Notes: generated by a model not told the origin, from the letters alone. 64,000 nucleotides of DNA from Candidatus Bathyarchaeota archaeon (GCA_963833575.1 CAWHXY010000004.1:608001-672000), one strand, 5' to 3'; counted from the stretch's first letter, positions 18,846-27,906 are shown. Numbers and translations: made by a program.

Positions 18846-20393
18846 TTAGAAAAGTTGAGTTGCGTCTTGCGTTTGTTTATTGAGGGTTGCATATCGTTTT
18901 TTTGTGAAATCTACAATTGTTTCTCGCAGTTTTTCTCCTTTCTCTTTCAAACCTTTGATTTCCTTAAACTGCAATGCTAGTTTTTGGTCTTTAAGTGAGC
19001 TTTTAGCCCAGCTTTCAAAATCTCCGTTGTAGACATGAAACTCTACGGCTTCAATGGTTACGTCTTTGATTGCTCTAATGAATCCTTTAAAGCTCCAAGC
19101 CATAGTTCCCGTGTAATATTGTTTTCCGACTCCAGTGTAGAATAGGAAAGGCTCGTTGGCGGTCAAAATCATCAGTCTAAGCCTCGCTTCAAATTCGCTT
19201 AGAAGCGTTTGTGCAGCAACGAATGCGTCCATGGGAGATTCAAATGGGCTGAAGTATGAGTGAACTTCGCCTGGGCCACCTCCGGCGGTAAACATGTAGT
19301 ATAAATGGTCGCTTGTTTGAAAGTCGCGCCAAAGTCTAAGAAATTCAATATCATCAGCTTCTTTTACGAGTGGTTCCAACCGCCGAAGGGCAGTGTAGTA
19401 TGCCCATTGCATCACGTTGCCAAGCCAGCCGGTTTGATCTCTTTGTACGTCTGCCCAAGAAACCGTACCGCCTGCTTCGGGTACGTCGATTTCGTCTGTG
19501 GGTGCATGTCTGGCAACTACTTCTGATGGTGTTGCCATCTGCAAATTCTCAAATTTCAATATCTCGTCAGGAAGATGCTGCAGGAAGCTGTGAATTCCCG
19601 TTTCTGGCCAATGATGTTCTCCGAAAGTTTCGTAGTCTGGGAAAATGTTGATGCATTCGCCCTTTGTGCCCGCTAGCCAACCTGCATATTTGTCTGCCGT
19701 TAATGGCCATTCAGGCCACCATCTTGCTGAAAACCTAAAACCGATATCGTCAGTTAATTTGTAGTTGCGAAGCAAGACACGAATTTTTTTGGCACCTTTA
19801 GAGGTGTAAAGGTAATTTGGAGATTTTTCGCCTAGAATTTTCTCCACGCCTTCAGTGTAGATGCCTTTGTAGCCTAACGATTCAACAGTTTTAGCTATGG
19901 TGTTGTTATATAGAAGTTCGGTGTTCTCGAAAATATTCGGCGAATAGCCAAGCAAGTCCTTTATGGCTTGTTTATGCATTTTTATTTGTTCAATAAATTC
20001 TTCTTTGTCTGGATAAAGGCTGGAGATAGAGTGATAGTAGGTTTGGTCAAGCAGCTCTACGCATCCAGTACTGACTAGTTGCTTGAAAGTTTCAAGAAGG
20101 TCTGGATCAAACATTTCGCATTGTTCAAGGAACACGCCTGAAACGCTAAATGAAAATTTGGCTTGCTTATGATCGTGCCTGTGTTTGTCTATTGTATCAA
20201 GCAGTATCTGGTTTGAAGGAAAATAGCATTTGCGGGCAGCACGCTTGAAAATTTCTCGATCAACTTCATTGTCAAAATAGTAGTTGAACAATTCTTCTTT
20301 ATTCAGGCGTCTGAAAATTTTGCCTTCCCAAAACAGATTCCGTCTAAGCCTATGTGGCTGATGAACTTCAAAGACAAACACTACATCCGTCAT
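18846..20393 (-). CDS. GH57 glycoside hydrolase (alpha-amylase-like) with C-terminal DUF5752-like domain
   Basis: EVHQP, QTYYHS, NTELLY, DYETFGEH, QTSDHLYYM; C-terminal PFLFYTG...VEFHVYNGDFESW. Confidence 0.9.
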   Translation of the reverse strand: MTDVVFVFEVHQPHRLRRNLFWEGKIFRRLNKEELFNYYFDNEVDREIFKRAARKCYFPSNQILLDTIDKHRHDHKQAKFSFSVSGVFLEQCEMFDPDLLETFKQLVSTGCVELLDQTYYHSISSLYPDKEEFIEQIKMHKQAIKDLLGYSPNIFENTELLYNNTIAKTVESLGYKGIYTEGVEKILGEKSPNYLYTSKGAKKIRVLLRNYKLTDDIGFRFSARWWPEWPLTADKYAGWLAGTKGECINIFPDYETFGEHHWPETGIHSFLQHLPDEILKFENLQMATPSEVVARHAPTDEIDVPEAGGTVSWADVQRDQTGWLGNVMQWAYYTALRRLEPLVKEADDIEFLRLWRDFQTSDHLYYMFTAGGGPGEVHSYFSPFESPMDAFVAAQTLLSEFEARLRLMILTANEPFLFYTGVGKQYYTGTMAWSFKGFIRAIKDVTIEAVEFHVYNGDFESWAKSSLKDQKLALQFKEIKGLKEKGEKLRETIVDFTKKRYATLNKQTQDATQLF

Positions 20394-20552
20394 AACACTT
20401 CGCCCTAGGAAGAAAATAGCAGTAGGCACATTTATTCTTAATTTGCCATTTTAGCTTAAACTATAAAAAGGAATACTGCTTAAAACTCAAAACAGTTAAC
20501 TAATTTGTCTGAATTAGAAAATTTTATATAAAGAGCAGTTGATGTCAGAGGC

Positions 20553-21209
20553 ATGGCAAATAAAAAGACACCTCAGAAAAAGTCCAATAGACGGGGAATA
20601 ATAATTGGCATAATAGTTCTAATCATAATTGTCATAGGTGCCTATGCAGTCATTCGGCAACCAGGTAGCCAGAACACAAATTCAACAAACCCAACGGCAA
20701 CTCCAACCACCTCTCCAGCAAGCAACACTAATGGAACAAAAGTTCTGTTTCAAACTACAGCGGGTAACATAACAATTCAATTATATACTGACAAACCTAT
20801 CACGACAGCCAACTTCATTAACATAGTCCAAAAAGGCTGGTATGATGGCACAACATTCCACAGAGTTATTGCTGGATTTATGATTCAAGGCGGCGCAATT
20901 AATCAGACTATTCCAACTATATCTGACGAAATAGGCACAAACAATCGCAATCTACCTTACACAATAGCGATGGCTAAAACTAGTCAGCCCAATTCGGCAA
21001 CAAGCGAATTCTTCATAAACGTTGCAGATAACGGCGCGAATAATCCTGGCTTTGATTCCACATATACAGTTTTCGGATCTGTGATCTCAGGACAAAGTGT
21101 GGTTGATGCAATAGCCAATGCGCCAGTGACCGCAAACCCCAGCATACCCGGTGAAGTGAGCACGCCAATCAATCCAGTCAGCATTATAAAAGCTACAATT
21201 ATACCTTAA
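20553..21209 (+). CDS. Membrane-anchored cyclophilin-type PPIase
   Basis: N-terminal TM, Thr/Pro linker, FHRVIAGFMIQGG, SATSEFFIN, YTVFG. Confidence 0.9.
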   Translation: MANKKTPQKKSNRRGIIIGIIVLIIIVIGAYAVIRQPGSQNTNSTNPTATPTTSPASNTNGTKVLFQTTAGNITIQLYTDKPITTANFINIVQKGWYDGTTFHRVIAGFMIQGGAINQTIPTISDEIGTNNRNLPYTIAMAKTSQPNSATSEFFINVADNGANNPGFDSTYTVFGSVISGQSVVDAIANAPVTANPSIPGEVSTPINPVSIIKATIIP

Positions 21210-21340
21210 ACAAAATTAGAAACTTGGTTCTTTATTTTTCTTCGTTTTCTAAAAAAGCATTAGAAACGCCAATTCGAAAAAATATTGTTGTCTGCAATAA
21301 CCATAATAGTCATTATTCTAATTGTTATTCGGGAAATTTT

Positions 21341-21874
21341 ATGTCAGGAAAAACAACAAATCAACCCTCAAATGCGGCATCAAATTTGTCTTCAGTGCCC
21401 AAGGAATATGTTAACGGAACAAAAGTTTTACTTCACACCAACACGGGCGACATCACAATCCAACTACGAAATGACATGCCAATAACTACGAACAACTTTA
21501 GGAGTTTAGTTCAAAAGGGAACATTCAACGGGACAATCTTCCACCGAGTTATCAAGGGCTTTATGATTCAAGGCGGCGACCCAACAGGAACAGGATACGG
21601 TGACCCATCAATACCCGACATCAAAGACGAATTCACAACTAACAACCGCAACAGCAGAGGCACCATATCAATGGCTAATGCAGGTCCAAACACAGAAAGC
21701 AGCCAATTTTTCATCAATTTAGTAAACAACAATTTCTTAGATTCCAAGCATCCAGCTTTCGGCAAAGTCATATCTGGAATGGAGGTTGTCGACGCAATCG
21801 CTAAAGTGGCAACGAATCAGAATGATAAACCAACCAAAAACGTAACGATAATTAAAGCATCAATCGTGTCTTAA
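21341..21874 (+). CDS. Cyclophilin-type PPIase (second copy; N-terminal anchor apparently out of frame)
   Basis: FHRVIKGFMIQGGDPTGTG, SMANAGPNT, SQFFIN, HPAFG. Confidence 0.85.
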   Translation: MSGKTTNQPSNAASNLSSVPKEYVNGTKVLLHTNTGDITIQLRNDMPITTNNFRSLVQKGTFNGTIFHRVIKGFMIQGGDPTGTGYGDPSIPDIKDEFTTNNRNSRGTISMANAGPNTESSQFFINLVNNNFLDSKHPAFGKVISGMEVVDAIAKVATNQNDKPTKNVTIIKASIVS

Positions 21875-21900
21875 ACAAAAAAAAATAAAAAGAATTCAAG

Positions 21901-22104
21901 TTACTTTTTCTTTTCTTCTTTCTCTTTTGGCTTGGAACCGATTTCAACAGCTAAAATGTTTATTTGATAGTTTTTGTCGCCAATCTGCATTTTTCCTTGA
22001 GCGTGATAACCTTTGCTTCCGGTCTTAAAATTTTTCTCGCCGCTCAAAATGAAAGATTGTTTTGCGCCTTTAAGTTGAATCGTTGCCATATCTACGTCGC
22101 TCAT
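21901..22104 (-). CDS. Small basic hypothetical protein
   Basis: 67 aa, F.TGS.GY...GK...G.K.YQ pattern; GGTGA RBS upstream. Confidence 0.7.
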   Translation of the reverse strand: MSDVDMATIQLKGAKQSFILSGEKNFKTGSKGYHAQGKMQIGDKNYQINILAVEIGSKPKEKEEKKK

Positions 22105-22273
22105 TTTAAAGTCACCAATTGAAATTAGACAATACTTTGTGCCTTTTCACCTTTTCGCTCCACACACAACGGAAAAAACAAATGGGACTTATCTGCTATG
22201 TTACTTTGTAATCGCATAAGTTAAATACCATCATGAAATCAAAATGCAGGAAAAGAAAACTCGGATATTTTTA

Positions 22274-22654
22274 TTAATAGTGAAATTGGTGCGGTCGCCG
22301 GGATTTGAACCCGGGATCATTAGCTTGGAAGGCTAAAGTCCTAAACCAGACTAGACGACAACCGCCCTTGACATTACTTGTATTTCCAATATCTGTGCTT
22401 AATTTAAGGTTATTGCAACCATCTTGAATTGGTTTTTGAACACCTAGAAGATTACTTTGATCAGCAACAGTGTTCAATTGGTCTATGTTGGAATCTTTGC
22501 TTAGTTGGCTTTGACCCCAGTCTTTACTCTGTTGATGATAAGAAAACTTGCCTTTACCATTATCTCCCATGCCTGAATAATGTCTAACTCTGTAGTAATT
22601 GCCTAATTGCTAAAGATACCCCTCTTGTTTACAAACCTGACATATAATTCTCAT
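22274..22654 (-). pseudogene. Zn-finger ORF with an internal TAG that reads through tRNA-Gly; possible integrase N-fragment
   Basis: MRIICQVCKQEGYL*QLGNYYRVRHYSG continues in frame into the 98-aa track ORF, through the tRNA promoter and the tRNA. Confidence 0.55.
22287..22365 (-). tRNA. tRNA-Gly(TCC), CCA encoded
   Basis: GCGGTTG-TCGTCTAGTCTGGTTTAGGAC-TTTAGCCTTCCAAGCTAA-TGATCCCGGGTTCAAATCCCGG-CGACCGC-ACCA. Confidence 0.97.
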
Positions 22655-22827
22655 TTTACCACATTCTTAGTTTTGGGACCTGACCAGTCAACTTAGGATT
22701 TAAAGACCATTAAAACAAAAATAGGGAGCGTTCTAAAATGGAATCCTAATGTTAAAAAATGTGTAAGACACTATCATAAATCAAGACGAATAAAAGTCAA
22801 CCTTTGACTTCAATCATGATGAGTTTT

Positions 22828-23190
22828 ATGCCAGAAAGAAGGGTTCATCTAAAGTTTGACAAATATCTGATAGAACATGATATTATTGCTAATAGAGATT
22901 ATTCGATTGTTCACGATAGGATGGATAGGGATTTTCAATATCATGGGGGCTGGAATCACCAAAACTTTGACTTTTTTCATGATATTGATGGAATAAGATT
23001 TTGGATAAGAACCTGGGATCATTTGGCTTATCAAGAAACTCTGACTTATTATGTTAGAGTGGCTTTGGGGCATATAGTCTTGGATGAAATGGTGCACAAT
23101 TACGATTTTGAAGATGAATATGAGCTAATGAAATCAGCTTATAGGAGTTATGTAATGAGGGGTTTTTGCAGTTGCTACTTTAAGAAATAA
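22828..23190 (+). CDS. Hypothetical His/Asp-rich protein, possibly metal-binding
   Basis: MPERRVH...VHDRMD...H...H..HD...LGHIVLD; AT-rich accessory context. Confidence 0.6.
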   Translation: MPERRVHLKFDKYLIEHDIIANRDYSIVHDRMDRDFQYHGGWNHQNFDFFHDIDGIRFWIRTWDHLAYQETLTYYVRVALGHIVLDEMVHNYDFEDEYELMKSAYRSYVMRGFCSCYFKK

Positions 23191-23204
23191 CTCAATAGGT
23201 TTTC

Positions 23205-23345
23205 TTAAGGTTCTATTCCTGATCCACCACAATGGGGACATTGTAGTTTATGGAACTTTCCTGATCCACCACATCTGATGCATTGGGTGTCGCTATCTTC
23301 AGCATCATTTTCATCTTCAATTGTTATTATGATTCTCTTTGGCAT
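23205..23345 (-). CDS. 46-aa DnaJ-type zinc-finger microprotein (below the ORF-track cutoff)
   Basis: MPKRIIITIEDENDAEDSDTQCIRCGGSGKFHKLQCPHCGGSGIEP*; two CxxCxGxG repeats; GGGG RBS-like sequence upstream. Confidence 0.7.
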   Translation of the reverse strand: MPKRIIITIEDENDAEDSDTQCIRCGGSGKFHKLQCPHCGGSGIEP

Positions 23346-23884
23346 AAAAACCCCATAACTCATTTGATTTTTATAATTTGTGTATTTCTAATCTATTATC
23401 TCCAAAATACGCTTAATCTTCTTCTCTTTTCTAAAATATGTTATAGGTCTACTTTTCGCCATAGGCAGATCTTGATTGATACATTCCATAGAGGATAGAT
23501 CATAATTAGAACTAGTACTCGTCCATTTCTTTCTTTAAGGTAAGGAATAGAACTTGTTTCTTTCTTGCAGGGCTGCTTTGTCAATGATTAGCGACAGATC
23601 ATGACTAAAACCTCTATATTCTTAGCAGATTTGCCCAAAAGACTGGCTTGATTGTGGATTTTTGACATATACTAAACATTGATCAGTTTAGAAATAGTAT
23701 CTAAAGCTGAATAGGCTAACGTTTACGTTAACCATTCCACAAGAAAAAAAGTTGATCTTCACGTAAATTCAAAAGAATTGTTATAAGTCGTTCTTCAAGA
23801 GGAACAGACTGTTCTCTGGGGAGAGTAATATGGGCGTTAAATCAATTATACTTTTAGAAGAAGAGTAAAATCACTGGTGACAAA

Positions 23885-24355
23885 ATGGGCAAGAAACTAA
23901 AAATCATTATGTCAATTATTTTTTCTTTACTTTTGTTGTCAACGATTTATTTTGCTGTTTTTGAAGCCAGTCTTAATTATGAATTAGCCCAAAAAAATTT
24001 AGAGGTAGATAGGTTGAACAATCAAGTAGTTGACCTTCAGAATCAATTGAACAATCAAAATAAACCGACTTTGGTTACAGCTCTTGGAATTTCTACTGAG
24101 CCTAGAAATAATACGGCCTATCCTCATCCCCACTTTACTATGGACGGTTTTGTTTTCAATGTTGGAACAAAAACTGCTTACAATGCGAGACTAGACATAG
24201 TTGCCTATTACAAGAATGGGCTTTTGGCTTTGAATTTTTCAATTCCTTTGGGTAATATGGAAAAGTGGCAGATCGTGCAAGTAGACAAGATTATAGCGAC
24301 CACTGACTGGATAGGCAATTACACAGTAATACCCATGTCCAACGATACTCCTTAA
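23885..24355 (+). CDS. Membrane-anchored exported protein (coiled coil plus beta-rich domain)
   Basis: N-terminal TM, LNNQVVDLQNQL coil, G.VFNVG..TAYN motif; GGTGA RBS. Confidence 0.7.
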   Translation: MGKKLKIIMSIIFSLLLLSTIYFAVFEASLNYELAQKNLEVDRLNNQVVDLQNQLNNQNKPTLVTALGISTEPRNNTAYPHPHFTMDGFVFNVGTKTAYNARLDIVAYYKNGLLALNFSIPLGNMEKWQIVQVDKIIATTDWIGNYTVIPMSNDTP

Positions 24356-24893
24356 AACTTGCAACAAAAAAGCGACCGACAGTATCTGCCGATTAATTGG
24401 TCAAGAAGTAGTTTAAGATAGAAATTGATATTGCGTAAATTAGATCTGACTGAAAACAAAGAAGTCAGGATTTTGAAGCATCAAATCGAAAACAGATTAA
24501 AACAGATTATTATTGGTCAAAAACACGCAAGAACACGTTTGAAACGCGCAAGTAGACGTCAAAACTACGCAGACAGACGTCAAATCTCTTCACAACTTCA
24601 AAACCAAAACGCCGCCGTAATCACGCTTTCGCCAAACCCAACCCAATCCAAGCCTCTCTCAAAACGACTTAGCGCAAAAATTGAAGGAAAAGCTTCAAAA
24701 AATTCTAAATTTCAAAATCTTCTTTTCTAAAAAGCGAGGGACAAACAAGATATCAGCAAGTTCTAAGAAAAAAAACGTTTCCGCGTCATGATTTCAATTT
24801 AAATTCGAATTTCTCAGATGAAAATTAGAGTAAAGGATGGAATGGTATATCTTGAGCGAATCGCAAAGATATAGAATTAGTAAGTGTCAGAAG

Positions 24894-25175
24894 ATGGGTG
24901 TTAGTAAAGAAGCGCGTAAAGTTCCGGGCAGTCGAATGAAAATCTTAACAAAAGACGCAAAACAAATGGTTAACGGACCATACTATTGCCCAAAATGCAG
25001 AAAAGAACTCCTGCAGATTTTAGCAAATGTACATAAAAAAGAAGTGTACGCAATCTGCAAATGCGGTCTTGAATGGCAATTAACTTATGCACCTGTTTTC
25101 CAGCCGATAGATTACTACAATAAGTTTAGAGACGCTTGGAAAAAGCAAAGCTACGGAATAATCAAGCAAAAATAG
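24894..25175 (+). CDS. Elf1-like zinc-ribbon protein
   Basis: Basic N-terminus, YCPKC...CKCGL, PVFQPIDYYNKFRD tail typical of Elf1. Confidence 0.6.
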   Translation: MGVSKEARKVPGSRMKILTKDAKQMVNGPYYCPKCRKELLQILANVHKKEVYAICKCGLEWQLTYAPVFQPIDYYNKFRDAWKKQSYGIIKQK

Positions 25176-25428
25176 GGCAACAAATAAACCACAAATAATT
25201 ATCTACAAATAGACGTGCAAGTTTTTTTGCTTTAGTAACAACAACCCATGAGCGCACGTAGAATTGCTCTTGAAATTATGTGTGGTCGCTCTTCAATTAG
25301 CAATGTCGATTTACAGTTTTACTGTTTTCTTGTGCTGTTCAGCTGTTCAACAGTTCACTACTTGGTAATAATTTGGGATAAGTTTTAAACGCATAGGCAA
25401 CGACTGTTAACGAAGTTGAAGAGTCAAG

Positions 25429-26613
25429 ATGAGCAGACCGTTGCTGAGCCATAAATCAATCACATTATTGATTATCTTAGGGTTACTACTTGTTTTATCG
25501 ACACCTATTGTACATCCCTTTGAATTGGTTACTGCTCAGACTTCCGATCAATCCCAGAGTTATGTTAGAGAGTTTTCATGGGATTATGGTGGAAACCACT
25601 GGATTTGGAACCTCAGCATTCCAGTTGCCTTGTATGACGCTTACAAAGCAGTACCTGATTCTGAAAGAATTCGGAATGGTCCTGCCGGCTATGACGTGAT
25701 GGTTACAACTCAAGATAGTTACATACAAAGCCTAGCGGAAAAAATCAATGAAACCACAAATCAGCTTGGATACGGTTCATACGATAAGGTAAATTTTGTT
25801 TTAGCTTTCGTTCAGAGCATTACTTACAATTCTGACTTAAACACTACAGGATATGAAGAATATCCGAGATTTCCAGTTGAAATATTAGTTGATCAGACTG
25901 GCGATTGCGATTGCAAAGCTATACTTTTTGCCACGTTAGCCATTTCACTGGGGTACGGTGCAGTTTTTATTAACCCACCAGATCACTTAGCAGTGGGCAT
26001 ACTTGGAAATGATCTTCAAGGCACCTTTTGGACATACGAGAACAAAACATATTATTATGCAGAGACAACGGGGACAGGCTTTAAAATTGGTGATCTTCCA
26101 GACGAATTTCAAGGTAAAACTGCTTATGTTTACCCGATAGATGAAAACAACCAATACGTTTTAAATTCGCAGACAACCACCACAATTGGACCCGACCCAA
26201 CTATTTTGCCGTACCCCTTTGATACGCAAACACCAGCACCAACAGCAAACAGCGGAACAACCCCAACTAATACACCCGACATTTCTCAACCAACAATTGA
26301 ACCAGTTCAACCAATATCACTTAATTTAATTTCAGATAATCCGATTGCATTCGTAATTATAGTCATTGCCATCGGTATTTCAATCGCTGTTACAGTTAAA
26401 ACAACAACAGGTTCCAAGAAACTAAAAACCAACAGACAAACTGCAACAAATGAGTCAAGCATTATCCAATCTGAAAACCCAAATACATCAGAAAACAAGT
26501 CTGTTGAAACATCAGATCACAATGCAGAGATTGGCAAATTCTGCATTTTCTGTGGCTCTGGTAACAAATCGTTTGCATCGTACTGCGAGAAATGCGGCAA
26601 GAAAATAAGTTAG
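25429..26613 (+). CDS. Exported transglutaminase-like (Cys-His) protein with Thr/Pro linker, TM and C-terminal zinc ribbon
   Basis: Signal peptide, YPRFPVE...GDCDCKA, HLAVGI, YYYAETT, CIFCG..N...ASYCEKCG. Confidence 0.75.
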   Translation: MSRPLLSHKSITLLIILGLLLVLSTPIVHPFELVTAQTSDQSQSYVREFSWDYGGNHWIWNLSIPVALYDAYKAVPDSERIRNGPAGYDVMVTTQDSYIQSLAEKINETTNQLGYGSYDKVNFVLAFVQSITYNSDLNTTGYEEYPRFPVEILVDQTGDCDCKAILFATLAISLGYGAVFINPPDHLAVGILGNDLQGTFWTYENKTYYYAETTGTGFKIGDLPDEFQGKTAYVYPIDENNQYVLNSQTTTTIGPDPTILPYPFDTQTPAPTANSGTTPTNTPDISQPTIEPVQPISLNLISDNPIAFVIIVIAIGISIAVTVKTTTGSKKLKTNRQTATNESSIIQSENPNTSENKSVETSDHNAEIGKFCIFCGSGNKSFASYCEKCGKKIS

Positions 26614-26622
26614 GATCAAGGC

Positions 26623-27153
26623 TTAAACCGAGAGTTTATTGATGGTTTCTTCTGCAAACCTATCGATTCTAGCGCGCACGTAAACTGTAATGGCAATTTC
26701 TAGAAGAATAATAATCGAAAGAAAAGCGGCAAGTGTCTTTGTTAAATTTTCAAAAGCCTGCCCCACTTGAAAATCAATAGCGCCATTGGAAGTTATTATC
26801 CAACTCCAGAAACTAGGTTTCCTTGTGAGCATAAATCCGCTTAAGTCAATAGACATCCATAAACATAAACCGACCAATACAGCAGCCAAAATACAGCCGA
26901 CCAAAGTGATATTTTTCCAGTCTGAACTCAATCGGGACAAGCAAGTTAAATGTGTTCCAGAATCAACCGTTTCTAAATTGACTTCTACTATTTTTTTGGC
27001 TGTTTTTGGCGATGCCCCCCATAGCGATCCCTGTTTAACCAAAATCTGCTGCGGCGGCTTTTCAGAAGTTATTTTGCAGTCTTTACTTGAAAAAACAACT
27101 TTTAAGGCAGCATATGTTTTGTTAATTTCCGAGTTGACGGTTCTTTCAAGCAA
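26623..27153 (-). CDS. Hypothetical membrane protein
   Basis: Soluble N-domain plus two TM helices; GGTGG RBS. Confidence 0.65.
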   Translation of the reverse strand: MLERTVNSEINKTYAALKVVFSSKDCKITSEKPPQQILVKQGSLWGASPKTAKKIVEVNLETVDSGTHLTCLSRLSSDWKNITLVGCILAAVLVGLCLWMSIDLSGFMLTRKPSFWSWIITSNGAIDFQVGQAFENLTKTLAAFLSIIILLEIAITVYVRARIDRFAEETINKLSV

Positions 27154-27209
27154 CCGATGGCACCACTTAGTTTAACTGTTAATGCTGTCATGTGCCTAAA
27201 AAGCTTCGT

Positions 27210-27830
27210 TTAATTCCGTGGCCTGCCCTTAAATCCTCTAATCTGTCGACGCTCCTCCGCACGGTTTCGTTCCATATTTTTAATCCTAGCATAAAGCTTC
27301 GCCACCTTTGTCTTAGAAGGCATCTTTGACCTTGGTCTATGAACAGGTACAGGCGTGAAGGGCTTGTTTATCTCAAGTTTACGTCGCCCACCTTTTTTGG
27401 TTATGACATTGCGGACTTTCTTAAAAACAACATAGCCCTCTTTGAGATTCACCTCTTGCACGTCCCAACCTGACTTTAACCAAGCTTTCGCATGAGTACT
27501 AGTTGAGTTATTGCTCCACCAAGCCATGTCCCTGAAAGCATTTGTTGGCAAACTGCTTCCGATTAAGCCATCTATTCTCGCAAAAGAAAGTTTTACGATA
27601 CTTGTGAAAGCAGCTCTAAATTTTAGGTGACTTTCAAGTCCGTCATATTTGCCTTTTGAAACTGGCGCAACAACTCGTCTAGCACAATGCAAGCATAACA
27701 TTGCGTTTGGGTCACCAGTGGCAACATCAGGCACCATACAGTCCCGGCAATACAATTTTCTGCAGCGTTCACACTTACGCATATAAGCTACCCTTAGAAC
27801 TCTGCCGCATATTCCACATTCATCTTTCAA
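27210..27830 (-). CDS. Zn-finger protein with a conserved 'WWSN...AW..AGW'-type domain and a basic tail
   Basis: Four CxxC pairs; KY..L..HL...LSF..ID.LIG..LP..A....AWWSN...HAKAWL.SGW. Confidence 0.7.
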   Translation of the reverse strand: MKDECGICGRVLRVAYMRKCERCRKLYCRDCMVPDVATGDPNAMLCLHCARRVVAPVSKGKYDGLESHLKFRAAFTSIVKLSFARIDGLIGSSLPTNAFRDMAWWSNNSTSTHAKAWLKSGWDVQEVNLKEGYVVFKKVRNVITKKGGRRKLEINKPFTPVPVHRPRSKMPSKTKVAKLYARIKNMERNRAEERRQIRGFKGRPRN

Positions 27831-27906
27831 TGAACGCCAACCTCTTTAACGAACTTAAAAGCACTCTATGTACAACCCAAGACTAAAGATATTAATTTTC
27901 ACTTTA

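Noticed and set aside
22610-22612. In-frame TAG as possible pyrrolysine or readthrough codon
   Set aside because: No pyl genes in the window and TAG is used as a normal stop by other genes here. A CAG-to-TAG nonsense change in a relic is simpler.
24425-24730. 101-aa ORF and a short AGACGTCAAA duplication
   Set aside because: Low-complexity, A-rich sequence without motifs; two short copies do not make an array.
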